Source of the DNA: Pedobacter sp.
Lineage (GTDB): Bacteria; Bacteroidota; Bacteroidia; Sphingobacteriales; Sphingobacteriaceae
Reading direction: 5' to 3'
DNA: 64,000 bases
Assembly: GCA_037190785.1 (NCBI GenBank)
Contig: JBBCJN010000007.1
Location: forward strand, 109,952-173,951
Shown here: in pieces, positions 31,008-41,193 of the stretch
Layout of the letters: each line of letters opens with the position of its first letter
Position numbering within the stretch: position 1 is the first letter of the stretch
Notes under the pieces: generated by a model
Databases searched by the model: none
What the model saw: only the letters and a program-made list of their open reading frames with translations
What the model was told of the DNA's origin: nothing
Made by a program: the position numbers and the translations under genes

Positions 31008-31697
31008 ATGCAGGAAAATAATTATCAGGAAATCCTTTATAAGCTCGAAAGTCGTTCTTCCCTCAAGCAGGCTGTCTACAGAAGTACTGCGGAAGTGTTT
31101 ACGTTGGTAAAAACGGTACTTTTTAAACTGGCAGCCAGATTGCATCAGGATTACACCCTTAAAGACCCCTCCGTAGAGGTTAGCTATAAAGACAACCATG
31201 TCTTTGAAGCACAGTTGAAGTTTTCAGGCGATATGTTGTTGGTATCTATGCACAGCAATATATTTAACTTCGAAGAGAATCATGCGGTTATGAAAAGTGG
31301 CTACGTTAAAAATGACGATAGTCTAAGTTACTGTGGAGTGATTTATATCCATAATTTCCTGGCAGATTCCATAAAGTACAACCGCCTAATGGATCAGGGG
31401 ACATTAATTGCCCGGATATTAATCAATAAAGAGCGTCATTTCATTGTGGAAGGAGAGGGAGCGCTGGGTTTTCTCTATCAGGATTTTGCAGCCAACGTGA
31501 TCTCTGAAACTTACCTGACAGATATTCTGGAAAGGACTATCTTGTGGTGTCTTCAGACTGATTTATACCTTCCTCCATTTGCACAGGTGAAAGACGTCAC
31601 TCTTCATCAAAAACAATCCCTCATTGCAGCTAGCGGATACCCTACCGGAAAGCGGTTGGGGTATTTATTTAACTCCGAAATACAAAAAAATCAATAG
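31008..31697 (+). CDS. Hypothetical protein (229 aa)
   Basis: Long clean ORF tightly packed between proS and the PLP lyase; no motif recognised. Confidence 0.75.
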   Translation: MQENNYQEILYKLESRSSLKQAVYRSTAEVFTLVKTVLFKLAARLHQDYTLKDPSVEVSYKDNHVFEAQLKFSGDMLLVSMHSNIFNFEENHAVMKSGYVKNDDSLSYCGVIYIHNFLADSIKYNRLMDQGTLIARILINKERHFIVEGEGALGFLYQDFAANVISETYLTDILERTILWCLQTDLYLPPFAQVKDVTLHQKQSLIAASGYPTGKRLGYLFNSEIQKNQ

Positions 31698-31699
31698 CT

Positions 31700-32839
31700 A
31701 TGAAATTTGCTACGAAAGCCATTCATGCAGGACAGGAGCCTGATCCGACCACTGGAGCAGTCATGACTCCCATTTATCAGACTTCCACTTATTGGCAGGC
31801 CTCCCCAGGGGATCATAAAGGATATGAATATTCGCGCGGAACCAATCCTACTCGCAAAGCGTTGGAAGATTGCCTCGCCGCACTTGAAAATTGTCAGTAT
31901 GGGTTGGCCTTTAGTAGTGGAATGGGAGCCACAGATGCTGTGCTGAGACTGCTTCAGCCAGGGGATGAAGTAATTACCGGAGACGATTTATATGGCGGCT
32001 CTTACCGCATTTTTACCAAAGTGTACGAAAAGTATGGGATCAAATTCCATTTTCTAGATCTTTCAAGTCCCGAGAATATCCTTCCTTACATCAATGAGAA
32101 AACCAAATTGGTTTGGCTGGAGACACCGACCAATCCCACCATGCGAATCATTGATATTGAAGGAATAGCGCGTATCACTAAAGCGCATCACCTATTGTTA
32201 ACCGTAGATAATACGTTTGCTTCTCCTTATTTACAAAATCCCATTGATCTTGGAGCAGACCTGGTGATGCATTCGGTAACAAAGTATTTAGGGGGACATT
32301 CGGATGTGGTCATGGGGGCATTGATGACCAATAGAGAAGACTTGTATAAACAACTGTTTTTTGTGTACAATGCCTGTGGCGCCACGCCAGGTCCACAAGA
32401 TTCTTTTTTGGTGCTGAGAGGAATTAAAACACTTCATTTAAGAATGAAAGCACATTGTGAAAATGGAGAAAAAGTCGCGCACTATTTAAGGCAGCACCCC
32501 AAAATTGATCAGGTGTTTTGGCCAGGTTTTGAAGACCACCCTAATCATGAGGTAGCCCGCCGACAAATGAGGGATTTTGGCGGGATGGTATCTGTGACAT
32601 TGAAAGACGCCGATCTTCAGGAGACTTTTCGAATCGCCTCTCGGTTTAAGATTTTCTCTCTGGCGGAATCACTGGGAGGAGTCGAATCGTTGGTGAATCA
32701 CCCCGTCACCATGACTCATGGTTCTATCCCGAAGGAAGCCCGGGAAAAGGTAGGCGTAACGGATAATTTATTGAGATTTAGTGTGGGAGTGGAAGACATT
32801 GAAGACCTGCTGGCCGACCTGGAACAAGCACTTCATTAA
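31700..32839 (+). CDS. Cystathionine gamma-synthase/gamma-lyase family PLP enzyme
   Basis: YEYSRGTNPTR, FSSGM, WLETPTNP, VDNTF, HSVTKYLGGHSD (PLP Lys), AESLGGVESL. Confidence 0.92.
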   Translation: MKFATKAIHAGQEPDPTTGAVMTPIYQTSTYWQASPGDHKGYEYSRGTNPTRKALEDCLAALENCQYGLAFSSGMGATDAVLRLLQPGDEVITGDDLYGGSYRIFTKVYEKYGIKFHFLDLSSPENILPYINEKTKLVWLETPTNPTMRIIDIEGIARITKAHHLLLTVDNTFASPYLQNPIDLGADLVMHSVTKYLGGHSDVVMGALMTNREDLYKQLFFVYNACGATPGPQDSFLVLRGIKTLHLRMKAHCENGEKVAHYLRQHPKIDQVFWPGFEDHPNHEVARRQMRDFGGMVSVTLKDADLQETFRIASRFKIFSLAESLGGVESLVNHPVTMTHGSIPKEAREKVGVTDNLLRFSVGVEDIEDLLADLEQALH

Positions 32840-32850
32840 GTGTAAAGTGA

Positions 32851-33723
32851 ATGAACAGGGAAGACTTAAAGGGGTTTTTAGATCTGAAAGTTCAACAGTA
32901 TAACCAGACTGCTTTTATTGAAGCAGATCCCATTGTTATTCCTCATCGTTTCACGTTGAAACAGGACCGGGAAATTGCAGGCTTTTTTGCAGCTATCCTG
33001 GCTTGGGGGCAACGCAAAACGATCATTAATAAATGTTTGGAATTAATGGAGCGGATGGATCAACGGCCTTATGATTTTATTTTACATCATTCAGAGACAG
33101 ATCTGAAAGGACTCTTAGGGTTTAAACATCGGACGTTTAATGACACGGATCTCCTCTACTTTATTCATTTTTTCAGACACCATTACCAACGGTATACAAG
33201 TCTTGAAAGTGCGTTTATTCCTGATAAACCAGGGTATACTCCCGGGTATGTCGAAGGAGGCGAGCAGAGAGATATTCTGGAAAACTCTTCACCGGTATGC
33301 TTAGCTGCAGCGGCATCAATGGCGATGTTTGAAATGGAAGCAGCGCTGATTCACTTTAGGAGTTATTTTTTTAGTCTGGAAGACCTTCCGCACCGTACCA
33401 GAAAACACGTGTCTTCGCCACTGCAAAAGTCGACCTGTAAACGGCTAAATATGTTTCTTCGCTGGATGGTTCGCCAGGATACAAACGGTGTGGATTTTGG
33501 CATATGGAATCGAATTCCCCCTTCCTCACTGATTTGTCCTTGCGATGTGCACGTAGATCGGGTAGGAAGAAGACTTGGGTTGATTTTACGTCCGCAGACC
33601 GATTGGAAAACTGCGATGGAATTAACCGAACAACTTCGGACTTTTGATCCGGATGATCCTGTGAAATATGATTTCGCTTTGTTTGGTCTGGGAATTGAGG
33701 ACCGAAAGAAAGGACTTGTATAA
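32851..33723 (+). CDS. TIGR02757 / DUF2400 family protein
   Basis: DPIVIPHRF, LAWGQR, STCKRLNMFLRWMVR, DVHVDR, DPVKYDFALFG. Confidence 0.88.
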   Translation: MNREDLKGFLDLKVQQYNQTAFIEADPIVIPHRFTLKQDREIAGFFAAILAWGQRKTIINKCLELMERMDQRPYDFILHHSETDLKGLLGFKHRTFNDTDLLYFIHFFRHHYQRYTSLESAFIPDKPGYTPGYVEGGEQRDILENSSPVCLAAAASMAMFEMEAALIHFRSYFFSLEDLPHRTRKHVSSPLQKSTCKRLNMFLRWMVRQDTNGVDFGIWNRIPPSSLICPCDVHVDRVGRRLGLILRPQTDWKTAMELTEQLRTFDPDDPVKYDFALFGLGIEDRKKGLV

Positions 33724-33793
33724 GTGTGTCTGTGCATGTTTCTTTCGGTTGTTACAGTTGGTGTTGTATCTCAAAATTCATACATTCGTATGT

Positions 33794-34309
33794 ATGGTAC
33801 AATGGAAAGCCAGGATAGCGCGTTTTGATCATAAGGGAGAAAAAACAGGCTGGCGTTACGTGATGGTCCCGGCAGCTATAGCCAACCAATTGAAAGAAGG
33901 TGAACGCCGAAGCATGCGGGTAAGAGGTATGATTGACTCAGTGCCGGTGGAAGGGTTAAGTCTGCTCCCTATGGGCGAGGGAGACTTTATTCTCGCTTTG
34001 AATACCTCTCTTCGGAAAAAGCTCAGAAAAGAAGAAGGAGCAGATGTTATTCTTTCGTTGGAATGGCATGCTGATTTCGAAATTGATCTTCCGGAGGATC
34101 TTCAGGCTTGTTTGGAAATGGAAGAATCTCTCTTTGATCGCTTTATGCGCTTTTCCAAATCCCATAGAAATTATTTTATTACTTGGCTCAATACCGCAAA
34201 AACGGAAGCAACTCGGACAAAGCGCCTGTTGATGATTGTGCACGCCATGGAGAATCATCTTGACTATAGTCAGATGATTCGTCATCATCAGAAGAAAAAA
34301 GAGAATTAA
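33794..34309 (+). CDS. DUF1905 + YdeI/OmpD-associated domain protein
   Basis: Start moved to ATG 33794; GEKTGWRY, LLPMGEG, LPEDL, SKSHRNYFITWLNTAKTEATR. Confidence 0.8.
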   Translation: MVQWKARIARFDHKGEKTGWRYVMVPAAIANQLKEGERRSMRVRGMIDSVPVEGLSLLPMGEGDFILALNTSLRKKLRKEEGADVILSLEWHADFEIDLPEDLQACLEMEESLFDRFMRFSKSHRNYFITWLNTAKTEATRTKRLLMIVHAMENHLDYSQMIRHHQKKKEN

Positions 34310-34313
34310 TTTT

Positions 34314-35063
34314 TTAGCGTCTGTATTGGCGAAACCAGCTATTGATCTTCATCTGGATAACGCCAAAGAACGCTTCTCTGAAAATGCGTGTGCTCATTTT
34401 TGATTCGCCGGCAGTCCGGTCTGTAAAGATAATTGGAATTTCGACGACGCTAAACCCGTATTGAATGGAAGTAAATTTCATTTCTATTTGAAAAGCATAC
34501 CCTACAAACTTAATTTTGTCCATAGGAATGGTTTCCAGTACGGTACGCCGATAACATTTAAAACCGGCCGTAGCATCCATGATAGAAATTCCTGTAATCC
34601 ACCGCACATACATCGAGGCAAAGTAAGACATTAATACACGTCCCATAGGCCAGTTTACCACATTTACACCTTTTACATAACGAGAACCAATCGCCAGGTC
34701 TGCTCCTTCTACGCAAGCTTGTCTTAGTCGAACCAAATCCTCCGGATTATGGGAAAAATCAGCATCCATTTCAAAAATGTATGCATAATGGCGCTGCAGT
34801 GCCCAATGAAAGCCATGAATATAGGCGGTGCCCAGTCCCATTTTTCCTTGTCGCTGTTCCAGAAATAAGTGTGCTGGGAAGTGCTGTTGCAATTGTTGAA
34901 CAATTTGGGCAGTTCCGTCGGGAGAACCATCATCAATAATCAGGATGTGGAAAGGCGTTTCCAGCGAGAACACTTTGCGTATTATGCGTTCGATATTTTC
35001 CTTTTCATTATAGGTTGGAATAATGACCAGGCTGTCACAAAGTGTTTCAGGAAGATGGGGCAT
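34314..35063 (-). CDS. Polyprenol-phosphate mannose synthase (Dpm1-like GT2)
   Basis: IIPTYNEKENI, IDDGSPDGT, EMDADFSH, GSRY, DATAGFK, GYAFQIEMK; start set at ATG 35063, downstream of the POT terminator. Confidence 0.88.
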   Translation of the reverse strand: MPHLPETLCDSLVIIPTYNEKENIERIIRKVFSLETPFHILIIDDGSPDGTAQIVQQLQQHFPAHLFLEQRQGKMGLGTAYIHGFHWALQRHYAYIFEMDADFSHNPEDLVRLRQACVEGADLAIGSRYVKGVNVVNWPMGRVLMSYFASMYVRWITGISIMDATAGFKCYRRTVLETIPMDKIKFVGYAFQIEMKFTSIQYGFSVVEIPIIFTDRTAGESKMSTRIFREAFFGVIQMKINSWFRQYRR

Positions 35064-35136
35064 GTAACGCAGTTTAGACGAATCCTTTATTCGAAAATTG
35101 GTAATTGCTGATAGACAAAAATAGCGATTAAATAGC

Positions 35137-35165
35137 AAAAGCCTGCTATGGATCTGCAGGCTTTT
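35137..35165 (-). terminator. Intrinsic terminator after POT transporter pair
   Basis: AAAAGCCTGC-N9-GCAGGCTTTT. Confidence 0.7.
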
Positions 35166-35187
35166 GGTTAAAAAAAGTTAAAATCGT

Positions 35188-36777
35188 TTAATGCACCCCA
35201 TGCATCCAACGTCGCAGCAAAGGATTGAGCATAAATAAAATCAAACCTGCCACAATAGGAATGAGGGTGAAAATAAGGAAGAAGGTAGAGATGGAATATT
35301 CTGAGCTGATCTTGTCAATCAAGCCACCTGTTTTACCGGCGAGCCAGTTGCCGATGGCGGTACAGGTAAACCAGAAACCAAACATCAGACCGATTAATCT
35401 GGCAGGTGCCAACTTGCTTACATACGAAAGGCCCACAGGAGATACGCACAACTCACCAATGGTATGGAAGAAATACGCGAATATGAGCCAGAACATACTC
35501 ACTTGAGCTACGGTAGCACCCTGTGGAATGTCTGAAGCTCCATATGCCAGTCCGGCAAAACCAAGCCCCACAAACACAAGCCCTAATCCGAACTTCACCG
35601 GGCCGCTAGGATTAAATTTCGTTTCCCACAGTTTCGAGAAGAGGGGGGCGAGGGAAACAATGAAAAAGGAGTTCAGGATGCCAAACCAGGATGCAGGTAC
35701 TTCCGTATTGGCTGCTGTAAATTCTTTTTGAATTTTCCAGATAGCGAGGCCCCATATAATTAAAAAGCTCAGCCCAGTAAATAGAATAGTTGCGGGGTAT
35801 TTTTTGTATATTTTAGAGGCCAAACCCGTCAAAACAATGGTAACTGCAATGAGTGGAAAGATGGTTAAAACGAAGTCAGTCCATTTGAAAAGGGTGCTGC
35901 TGGTGCCGGAAAGATTCCGGAGGGTATAATCTTTAGCGAAGATGGTCATGGATCCGCCAGCCTGTTCGAACACCATCCAGAAGAAAATCGTAAAGATCGA
36001 CAAAACTCCGATTACCCATAAACGTTGTTGTTCGACATTTTTGGGAACTTCTTTTTCGGCTGCTGCGGGTTCCGTTTTTTTGATCTTTTTGACTGTTTCT
36101 CCCAGTACGCCAAAGATTTTTTGTCCGAAATAGAATTGAAGCATTCCGAAAAACATGAAGATTCCGGCTAAACCAAAGCCCCAGTGCCATCCGATTTTTT
36201 CACCTATATATCCACACATCAAAACTCCTAAAAAGGCACCGCTATTAATTCCCATATAGAAGATGGTGTAGGCCGCATCTTTTTTGTCACTTGTGCCCGG
36301 GTATAACTGGCCCACCATGGAAGAGATGTTTGGTTTGAACAAGCCGTTCCCTGCAATCATAAAAAATAGCCCAAGGTAAAAGAAGTTTTTGTCAACTCCT
36401 TCCATCGCCATGGCCGCATGACCGAGGGTCATGATTAACGCACCGAGAATAACGGCTTTACGGTAGCCAGTGAGGCGATCTGCGATAAATCCCCCAATGA
36501 TGGGAGTTAAATAAACCAGGAAGGTATACCAGGCATACAGGTTCATGGCATCCGCACGGGTCCAGGCCCAGCCACCCTTACTGAGTTCGCTGACTAAAAA
36601 TAATGTGAGGAGGGCACGCATGCCGTAATAACTGAATCTTTCCCACATTTCTGTAAAAAAGAGCACAAACAAACCCACTGGATGTTTGATAAGTTTCTGG
36701 GTTTCTACACCGTTTTTTTTCAGATGAAGATCAATTGCTTGATCTTCTGCGGAAAGACTACTGGTTTCTGCTGCCAT
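35188..36777 (-). CDS. POT/PTR family proton-dependent oligopeptide transporter
   Basis: FFTEMWERFSYYGMR (ExxERF), GNGLFKPNISSMVG, YMGINSGA, GELCVSPVGLS. Confidence 0.92.
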   Translation of the reverse strand: MAAETSSLSAEDQAIDLHLKKNGVETQKLIKHPVGLFVLFFTEMWERFSYYGMRALLTLFLVSELSKGGWAWTRADAMNLYAWYTFLVYLTPIIGGFIADRLTGYRKAVILGALIMTLGHAAMAMEGVDKNFFYLGLFFMIAGNGLFKPNISSMVGQLYPGTSDKKDAAYTIFYMGINSGAFLGVLMCGYIGEKIGWHWGFGLAGIFMFFGMLQFYFGQKIFGVLGETVKKIKKTEPAAAEKEVPKNVEQQRLWVIGVLSIFTIFFWMVFEQAGGSMTIFAKDYTLRNLSGTSSTLFKWTDFVLTIFPLIAVTIVLTGLASKIYKKYPATILFTGLSFLIIWGLAIWKIQKEFTAANTEVPASWFGILNSFFIVSLAPLFSKLWETKFNPSGPVKFGLGLVFVGLGFAGLAYGASDIPQGATVAQVSMFWLIFAYFFHTIGELCVSPVGLSYVSKLAPARLIGLMFGFWFTCTAIGNWLAGKTGGLIDKISSEYSISTFFLIFTLIPIVAGLILFMLNPLLRRWMHGVH

Positions 36778-36833
36778 AGTTTCAGGAATAATCGTTTTTT
36801 GTTTAGTAATTTAGTTAGTTAATTGAGATGAAT

Positions 36834-38495
36834 TTATTTAATTCCACGTTCTTTCATGATGCCATTTAGCCATTTCAACAAGATAAAACCAACAATCGCG
36901 GCAAACATCAGCAATGCAAAGTTGACCCAAAAGAAGTTGGATTTATCACTGTAGGTATCCCACAGGGTAGATAGAACGCCTGAAAGTTTATTTCCGATAG
37001 AAGTAGCGAGAAACCAGCCACCCATCATCAGCGAAGTAATTCTTACTGGACTTAGTTTTGAAACAAGCGAAAGACCCATCGGACTTAAAAATAGCTCGCC
37101 AATGGTTATCACTCCGTAGCTAATCATGAGCCATCCTATCGACACTTTCTCGCTTCCATTGCTCCCCGCATATACTGCCCCCACCATTACTAATACCGAG
37201 AGTGCCGATATAAACAGTCCAAAAATGATCTTGGTAGCTGTACTTGGTTCTTTTTCCTTTTTTCGTAGCCAGCTAAAAAAAGCGACAATAAGGGGTGTAA
37301 GGAAAATGACCCAGGCGGGGTTAATGGATTGACTGAGGTTGGTGGCCCATAGTTCGACCTTGCTTCCTTCGGTGGGAAGTTTCTCGGGGGCCACATTTTT
37401 AAAATAGACGGGATAATTGTATTCTTTTAGAACCACCCCGTCTACCTTTTGAAGGCGGAATGCCTCGTCATAAAGCGCAACAGTGTCTTTTTGATAGGTT
37501 ACCTCCTGAGATAAACTCAATCCGGAGAAAACACTTTTGGCAGTGGGATTACTCACTTCCCGATCAGTGTAGCGATCTGCCCAGGTATTTAGGGCCGTAC
37601 CATTCTGTTTAAATACTGCCCAGAACATGATGACTACCGCAAAGATGGTAAGAAGTGCGGCAATGGATCTTTTTTCTTCTTTTGCAGCTCTGAAATAAAG
37701 ATTGGAGTAGAAGTAAATCACCGGCAGACACGCAAAGATAAACGCATCGGTGGAGGCCGATCCTACCAGTGCATGACCTAATAGTTTGGTGGGTAAAATC
37801 CAACCAATCACTCCTGCAATTAAGGAAGGAACAAGAATTAATAAAATGATTTTGGAAAAAGGCATGTCACTTTCTGTGACCCCCTTTTTTATGTCGTAAG
37901 CACGGTAATGTTTCATTCCGGTGAGGAAGATGATTACGCCTAAAAACATCCCAATACCTGCAGCCAGGAAGGCATATTCCCAACCCAACATGATGTAAAG
38001 GGCAGCTCCGAAGAAGTTACAGATGAAAGCACCAACATTGATCCCCATATAGAAGATATTATACCCGTCGTCTTTTTTTGATTCAAACTCGGGAGTAGAA
38101 TAAATATTCCCCAGCAAAGTGGAAATGTTGGGTTTGAAAAATCCGTTTCCGATAATGATGAGAGTCATGGAAAGGTACAAAACAGGAAGACTGTGTACAC
38201 CCATTAAACAATAGCCCGTTCCCATCATTAATCCCCCAATGATGATCGACTTTGAATAGCCCAGATAGCGATCTGCAATGAGCCCCCCTAAAAAAGGAGT
38301 GAGGAATACAAGGGCGATGAAAGTGCCGTAAAGATCAGCAGATTCTGCTTCGGTCATCGCGAAACCAGCTTTCACATCCTTCAGGTAAAGGGTGAAAATA
38401 CCAATCATCAGGTAATAACCGAACCGTTCCCACATTTCTGAAAGGAACAAAAACTTGAGTCCTTTCGGATGTTTGGCAGTAGTCGTTTGTGTCAT
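36834..38495 (-). CDS. Second POT/PTR family oligopeptide transporter
   Basis: FLSEMWERFGYY, GNGFFKPNISTLLG, YMGINVGA, GELFLSPMGLS; start probably 38495 or 38501. Confidence 0.92.
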   Translation of the reverse strand: MTQTTTAKHPKGLKFLFLSEMWERFGYYLMIGIFTLYLKDVKAGFAMTEAESADLYGTFIALVFLTPFLGGLIADRYLGYSKSIIIGGLMMGTGYCLMGVHSLPVLYLSMTLIIIGNGFFKPNISTLLGNIYSTPEFESKKDDGYNIFYMGINVGAFICNFFGAALYIMLGWEYAFLAAGIGMFLGVIIFLTGMKHYRAYDIKKGVTESDMPFSKIILLILVPSLIAGVIGWILPTKLLGHALVGSASTDAFIFACLPVIYFYSNLYFRAAKEEKRSIAALLTIFAVVIMFWAVFKQNGTALNTWADRYTDREVSNPTAKSVFSGLSLSQEVTYQKDTVALYDEAFRLQKVDGVVLKEYNYPVYFKNVAPEKLPTEGSKVELWATNLSQSINPAWVIFLTPLIVAFFSWLRKKEKEPSTATKIIFGLFISALSVLVMVGAVYAGSNGSEKVSIGWLMISYGVITIGELFLSPMGLSLVSKLSPVRITSLMMGGWFLATSIGNKLSGVLSTLWDTYSDKSNFFWVNFALLMFAAIVGFILLKWLNGIMKERGIK

Positions 38496-38565
38496 ATGCA
38501 TGTTTGGTTTAAATCTCTGCAATATAAAGAGCCTGCGGCATAGTCGCAAATGTAAAATTCAGACT

Positions 38566-39483
38566 CTACTGAGGACGGTTTCGCATTCGTTCTGAGGCTT
38601 TTATGGGAGCTATATACTGTTCGTCCTGCGCTGAAGGTGGGTTTTTTAAAGGCACATTTTCCACCAAAGAGAGTTTGGAATAGTTGATTTTGTAAGCGTC
38701 AAAACTGGAATCGCCAGCATAGTATTCGTATCGACCTGTCATTTCCGGGTCGATGGGGACCAGGTGATCAAATACGATCATCTGCACCTTCCGGTCATAG
38801 GTTAAGGTCATGGTATGCTGTCGGGTATATTCGAAAACAACGCGGTTTTGGAGGGCTTGTTCTTTTCTATTTTCAAAAACCGCTTTTCCGAATACAGGAT
38901 TTCCATCCTGAAACGAGAGCACATCGATGATTTTTTTAGTGCTTTTGGCCGAGTGTCCTTTCCAACCGAGTAAGATGAAATAGGGAAGACGCCCATTGTA
39001 GATCATGGGAATAATTTCATAATACCGTGCACCGATCCATTGTTTAGGGCCGGTTATTGCATTAAAGTCCGTTGTTTGTGCCGTGGCGTCACTCAAAGGG
39101 AATAAGCGAAGACTGCCATCAGTAGTGGGCAATTGGATTGCTCCGTAATAACGAAATGTCCCATCGCTGAGAGGTACAAACCAACTAAAAATCCGAAAGG
39201 AAAGATCGGAAGGTTGGAGAATGCTTACTCTTTTTAACGAATCGAAACTGTACCTGAAAGAAAATTTCAACTGGAGGCACTGGGTAAGTTGTTTAACAAA
39301 GGCCGTGTTCCGCACAATTTTTTCGAAGTCGTCTTCCGTTTGAAAGATGGCCTCGCTCAATTTTACCAGGCTGTCCTGCTGTTTGTGAAATGCCTTTCTC
39401 CCTTCTTCCGTGAGTTGTTGTCTCCCTTGTACTGTGAGGGAGACAACGCTCAGGAGGATAAGATATGTTAATTTTCTGAACAT
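38566..39483 (-). CDS. Exported hypothetical protein
   Basis: Signal peptide; WIGARYY, LLGWKG, FDHLVP, YAGDSSFD pattern; function unknown. Confidence 0.75.
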   Translation of the reverse strand: MFRKLTYLILLSVVSLTVQGRQQLTEEGRKAFHKQQDSLVKLSEAIFQTEDDFEKIVRNTAFVKQLTQCLQLKFSFRYSFDSLKRVSILQPSDLSFRIFSWFVPLSDGTFRYYGAIQLPTTDGSLRLFPLSDATAQTTDFNAITGPKQWIGARYYEIIPMIYNGRLPYFILLGWKGHSAKSTKKIIDVLSFQDGNPVFGKAVFENRKEQALQNRVVFEYTRQHTMTLTYDRKVQMIVFDHLVPIDPEMTGRYEYYAGDSSFDAYKINYSKLSLVENVPLKNPPSAQDEQYIAPIKASERMRNRPQ

Positions 39484-39489
39484 GCAGTT

Positions 39490-40668
39490 TTAACGAAGAT
39501 TTTCGATCACAATTGCGCTGGCACCCCCACCGCCATTGCAAATGCCGGCTACTCCAATTTTTCCTTGTTGTTGTTGAAGCACCTGTAAGAGGGTGACCAC
39601 AATTCTGGCTCCTGAGGCTCCGAGGGGATGCCCGATGGCCACGGCTCCTCCGTTGATATTTACTTTTTCGGCGTTGAGATTTAATTCCTGATTGTTGGCC
39701 AGGGCCACCACTGAAAAAGCTTCATTGATTTCGTAGAAGTCAACTTGTTCTTTCTCAATTCCTGCTTTTTGTAAGGCCAGGGGAATGGCCTTAGAGGGAG
39801 CGGTTGTAAACCATTCAGGTGCCTGTTGCGCGTCTGCAAAAGCCAGCACCTTCGCTAAAGGCTGGATTCCCAACTCAAGGGCTTTGTCTGCACTCATCAA
39901 CACCAATGCAGCTGCTCCGTCATTTAATGTGGAGGCGTTTGCCGCAGTAACGGTCCCATCTTTCTTAAAAACAGGTTTAAGTCCTGGAATTTTATCAAAT
40001 TTTACACTGGCTGGCTCTTCATCCTCACTTACCAGGCTAATTTCCCCTTTTCTGTTTTTGATCTCTATCGAAACAATTTCTTCGTTGAACAGTCCCTTGG
40101 ATTGAGCCATTTGCGCACGTTGATAGGATTCAATGGCATACTTATCCTGTTCTTCACGGGTAATTTCGCATGTGAGGGCGCATAGCTCAGCCGCCGAACC
40201 CATGTGATAGTCATTGTATACATCCCATAAACCGTCTTTTACCAATCCATCGGTCACCTGTCCGTGACCCAAACGGTAGCCATTTCGTGCTTTATCAAGG
40301 TAGTAAGGTACATTACTCATGCTTTCCATACCCCCGGCCACAATAATTTCCTGATCACCCGAGGCGATGCTTTGAGCGGCCAACATCAACGCTTTGGTGC
40401 CTGAAGCACAAACTTTATTAACGGTCGTGGCGGGAATGTCTGGCAATCCGGCAAATTTCGCAGCCTGTGTGGCTGGTGCTTGTCCTATGCCTGCAGATAA
40501 TACATTCCCCATGTACACTTCCTGTACCTGTTCAGGACGGATACCTGCCCGTTTTACAGCGGCTTGTATAGCAAAACCACCTAGCTGGGGAGCTGAAAAA
40601 CCAGCTAAACTTCCTCCGAAACTTCCGATAGGCGTCCTGACCGCCGATACAATGACTACGTCTTTCAT
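39490..40668 (-). CDS. Acetyl-CoA C-acyltransferase (thiolase)
   Basis: Start moved to ATG 40668 (MKDVVIVSAVRTPIG); NKVCASG, EINEAF, GHPLGASG, CNGGGGA. Confidence 0.93.
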   Translation of the reverse strand: MKDVVIVSAVRTPIGSFGGSLAGFSAPQLGGFAIQAAVKRAGIRPEQVQEVYMGNVLSAGIGQAPATQAAKFAGLPDIPATTVNKVCASGTKALMLAAQSIASGDQEIIVAGGMESMSNVPYYLDKARNGYRLGHGQVTDGLVKDGLWDVYNDYHMGSAAELCALTCEITREEQDKYAIESYQRAQMAQSKGLFNEEIVSIEIKNRKGEISLVSEDEEPASVKFDKIPGLKPVFKKDGTVTAANASTLNDGAAALVLMSADKALELGIQPLAKVLAFADAQQAPEWFTTAPSKAIPLALQKAGIEKEQVDFYEINEAFSVVALANNQELNLNAEKVNINGGAVAIGHPLGASGARIVVTLLQVLQQQQGKIGVAGICNGGGGASAIVIENLR

Positions 40669-41193
40669 ATGTGTTCTATTTATGATTTGGTCTCGCAATT
40701 TAGCGATTTTGCCACGTTTTATACTACAAAAGTTGTATTTTGACAAATGAACAGGAAGTAAAGAAGGGAATATCCATTCTCGCTTTGACGAATGGGAACG
40801 AGAAAAATGATCCTTATTGAATCAAAAGTTCCATAGAAGATTCGGGCAATGGATCAGCCGCTAATCGACCTAAATGAGTCAGCGATGCAGCGACTTTTTC
40901 AGGCTAAGGCATTTAAGGGAATCACTCTGTCCGGAGTAGTTAAAAACAGGGATCACTTACGGGAAGCCATCTAGATTTCTTTTTTTGAAAACGAATGCGC
41001 TTGTTTTAAATAAAAGCCGTTGCCTGAACTCAGTAGCTTATGAAGATGAAGAGGGTATTGCCCATAGCAATGGAATGAATGTGGTTTATATGAGTGGGGG
41101 AGTGTCTGATTTTAGCTGTACTGGTAAACACTGCTGTTGAAAAAAGCCGATGCAGGACATGCATCGGCACTAGTAAATTACAGCTCAGGTCGC

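Noticed and set aside
40849-40974. 41-aa ORF MDQPLIDLNESAMQRLFQAKAFKGITLSGVVKNRDHLREAI in the thiolase-lipocalin gap
   Set aside because: No promoter, motif or signal peptide; could arise by chance
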